From Enoplolaimus lenunculus (taxonomy: Eukaryota): a stretch of 64,000 nt of DNA. Within the stretch, counting starts at the first letter, position 1; each line of letters opens with the position of its first letter. The translations under genes and the position numbers were made by a program. A model generated the notes under the pieces. That model did not search any database, was not told the DNA's origin, and saw nothing but the letters and a program-made list of their open reading frames with translations. Where the stretch lies: NCBI GenBank assembly GCA_030248215.1, contig JASANG010003338.1:186001-250000 (forward strand), read 5' to 3'. This document shows, in pieces, positions 62,929 through 64,000 of the stretch.

Positions 62929-63212
62929 CTGAAATCACAAATATTAAAGCGCTACTTAACACCGTACTATACCACAAAAATAACAACTTTAATTGTGCAA
63001 AATTTGGCAGATTTCTTCGCACAATCACTGTAATGGGATACAGTATGCATTTCTCACTTTATAATGTTTAACAATGTCGGGAGCTTGCTGCGCGTAACAC
63101 ACAGATAAACATGGGTCATGATGTGCCGCCCATGGTCCACCGTGACCCAACGGTAGTTGACACATAGCCGATGTAACTTGTGACTCATGACTTAAGTTAC
63201 CATTCAAAATTT

Positions 63213-63391
63213 TGGTCATTGAAAAGACCAGGGGCGGAAAAGTGTTATAAGCATATTCCTAACCTAAGCTTAAGCCTAAACCTAAGCGTAAGAATGAGTT
63301 TGTTCCTACCTAAAGCCAAGCCAAAAATTAGTCTAATACTCTATTCTAGTCCAAAGGAAAAACGTTCCGCCCCTGATCTTTACATGGGCCA
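63213..63391 (-). mobile_element. TTAGGC-containing MITE family copy
   Basis: ggtcattgaaaagaccaggggcggaaaa...cctaagcttaagcctaaacctaagc...aaaacgttccgcccctgatctttacatgggcc. TIRs are clear. Confidence 0.75.
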
Positions 63392-63537
63392 AATTATCTT
63401 CAACTTACTGAAGATAGCATGACAGACAAGCGACATAAAATTTTTTGTGGTACGTAACAAGGTAAAGCATTCAGTCGTATATTTAACCCTTTCTCACAAG
63501 AATATTTTCTATTTCCCCTGAGACCTACTTTTATGCT

Positions 63538-63680
63538 AGGATTCGAACTCCGGTAACTGGAGTGGGATGCGTATACCATCACCACTCAGCTGTAGGAGTT
63601 TGACGCTCGAGCCCGAGGTGGCTCTCACGTCTTGTGGTGATTTAGTACAATGTATACGTGTTGCAATCGTTAAACACAGT
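63538..63680 (-). repeat. Second copy of the repeat with a minus-strand tRNA-like core
   Basis: Minus strand CAGCTGAGTGG...AGTTCGAATCC. Flank is homologous to 29735-29878. Confidence 0.6.
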
Positions 63681-64000
63681 GCGATATTCATTATTTAACG
63701 TATATACACTGCGCTTAGTTGCCTATAGGCAACTCAATGTGAGAAGGGGTTAAGCGTACAATATTGTAATGCAAAATGAATAACAATGTGTGGCACTTAA
63801 TTGCAATAGTAATAGCAAGAGTGGATTATGACAAGAGCGCGCACCTCTTGGGGTCTCGAATGGTACAAAATATACAATTGGGTGTTGCGGTTTTGGCCGA
63901 CCCCACCCCCTTATTTAGAGGAGAGTAAATTACACTATAAGAGGACCATGTTTGACGCTGCATACAAGAAGTGCCATGGTTCGAACCGGTGGCACCCCCT

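Overview
AT-rich, intron-containing animal (invertebrate) genomic DNA. Degenerate TTAGGC arrays inside a MITE family and a WSC-domain xylosyltransferase suggest a nematode, but this is not proven. I could splice four minus-strand multi-exon genes by hand: a 2-exon SLC22A18-like MFS transporter (7936-5674), a WSC-domain protein xylosyltransferase (31644-17481, one internal segment unresolved), an 11-exon 777-aa secreted/GPI-anchored protein with three 8-Cys Ly6/uPAR-like modules (47666-35662), and the 3' part of a PLEKHG5-like RhoGEF ending in a PDZ-binding motif (62928-53952). There is also a single-exon secreted Cys-rich orphan (13608-13135), many MITE/foldback repeats, several tRNA-like Pol III cores embedded in repeats, and a decayed pogo-type transposase fragment. 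The standout is an intact bacterial-type, Rickettsiales-like diaminopimelate epimerase gene (dapF, + strand, 42009-43872). It sits antisense inside an intron of the Ly6-like gene, has gained a frame-consistent GT-AG intron filled with host repeats plus two charged loop insertions, and keeps the full two-cysteine catalytic apparatus. It looks like a domesticated horizontally acquired lysine/peptidoglycan-precursor enzyme in an animal genome. All splice models are manual predictions without transcript data.
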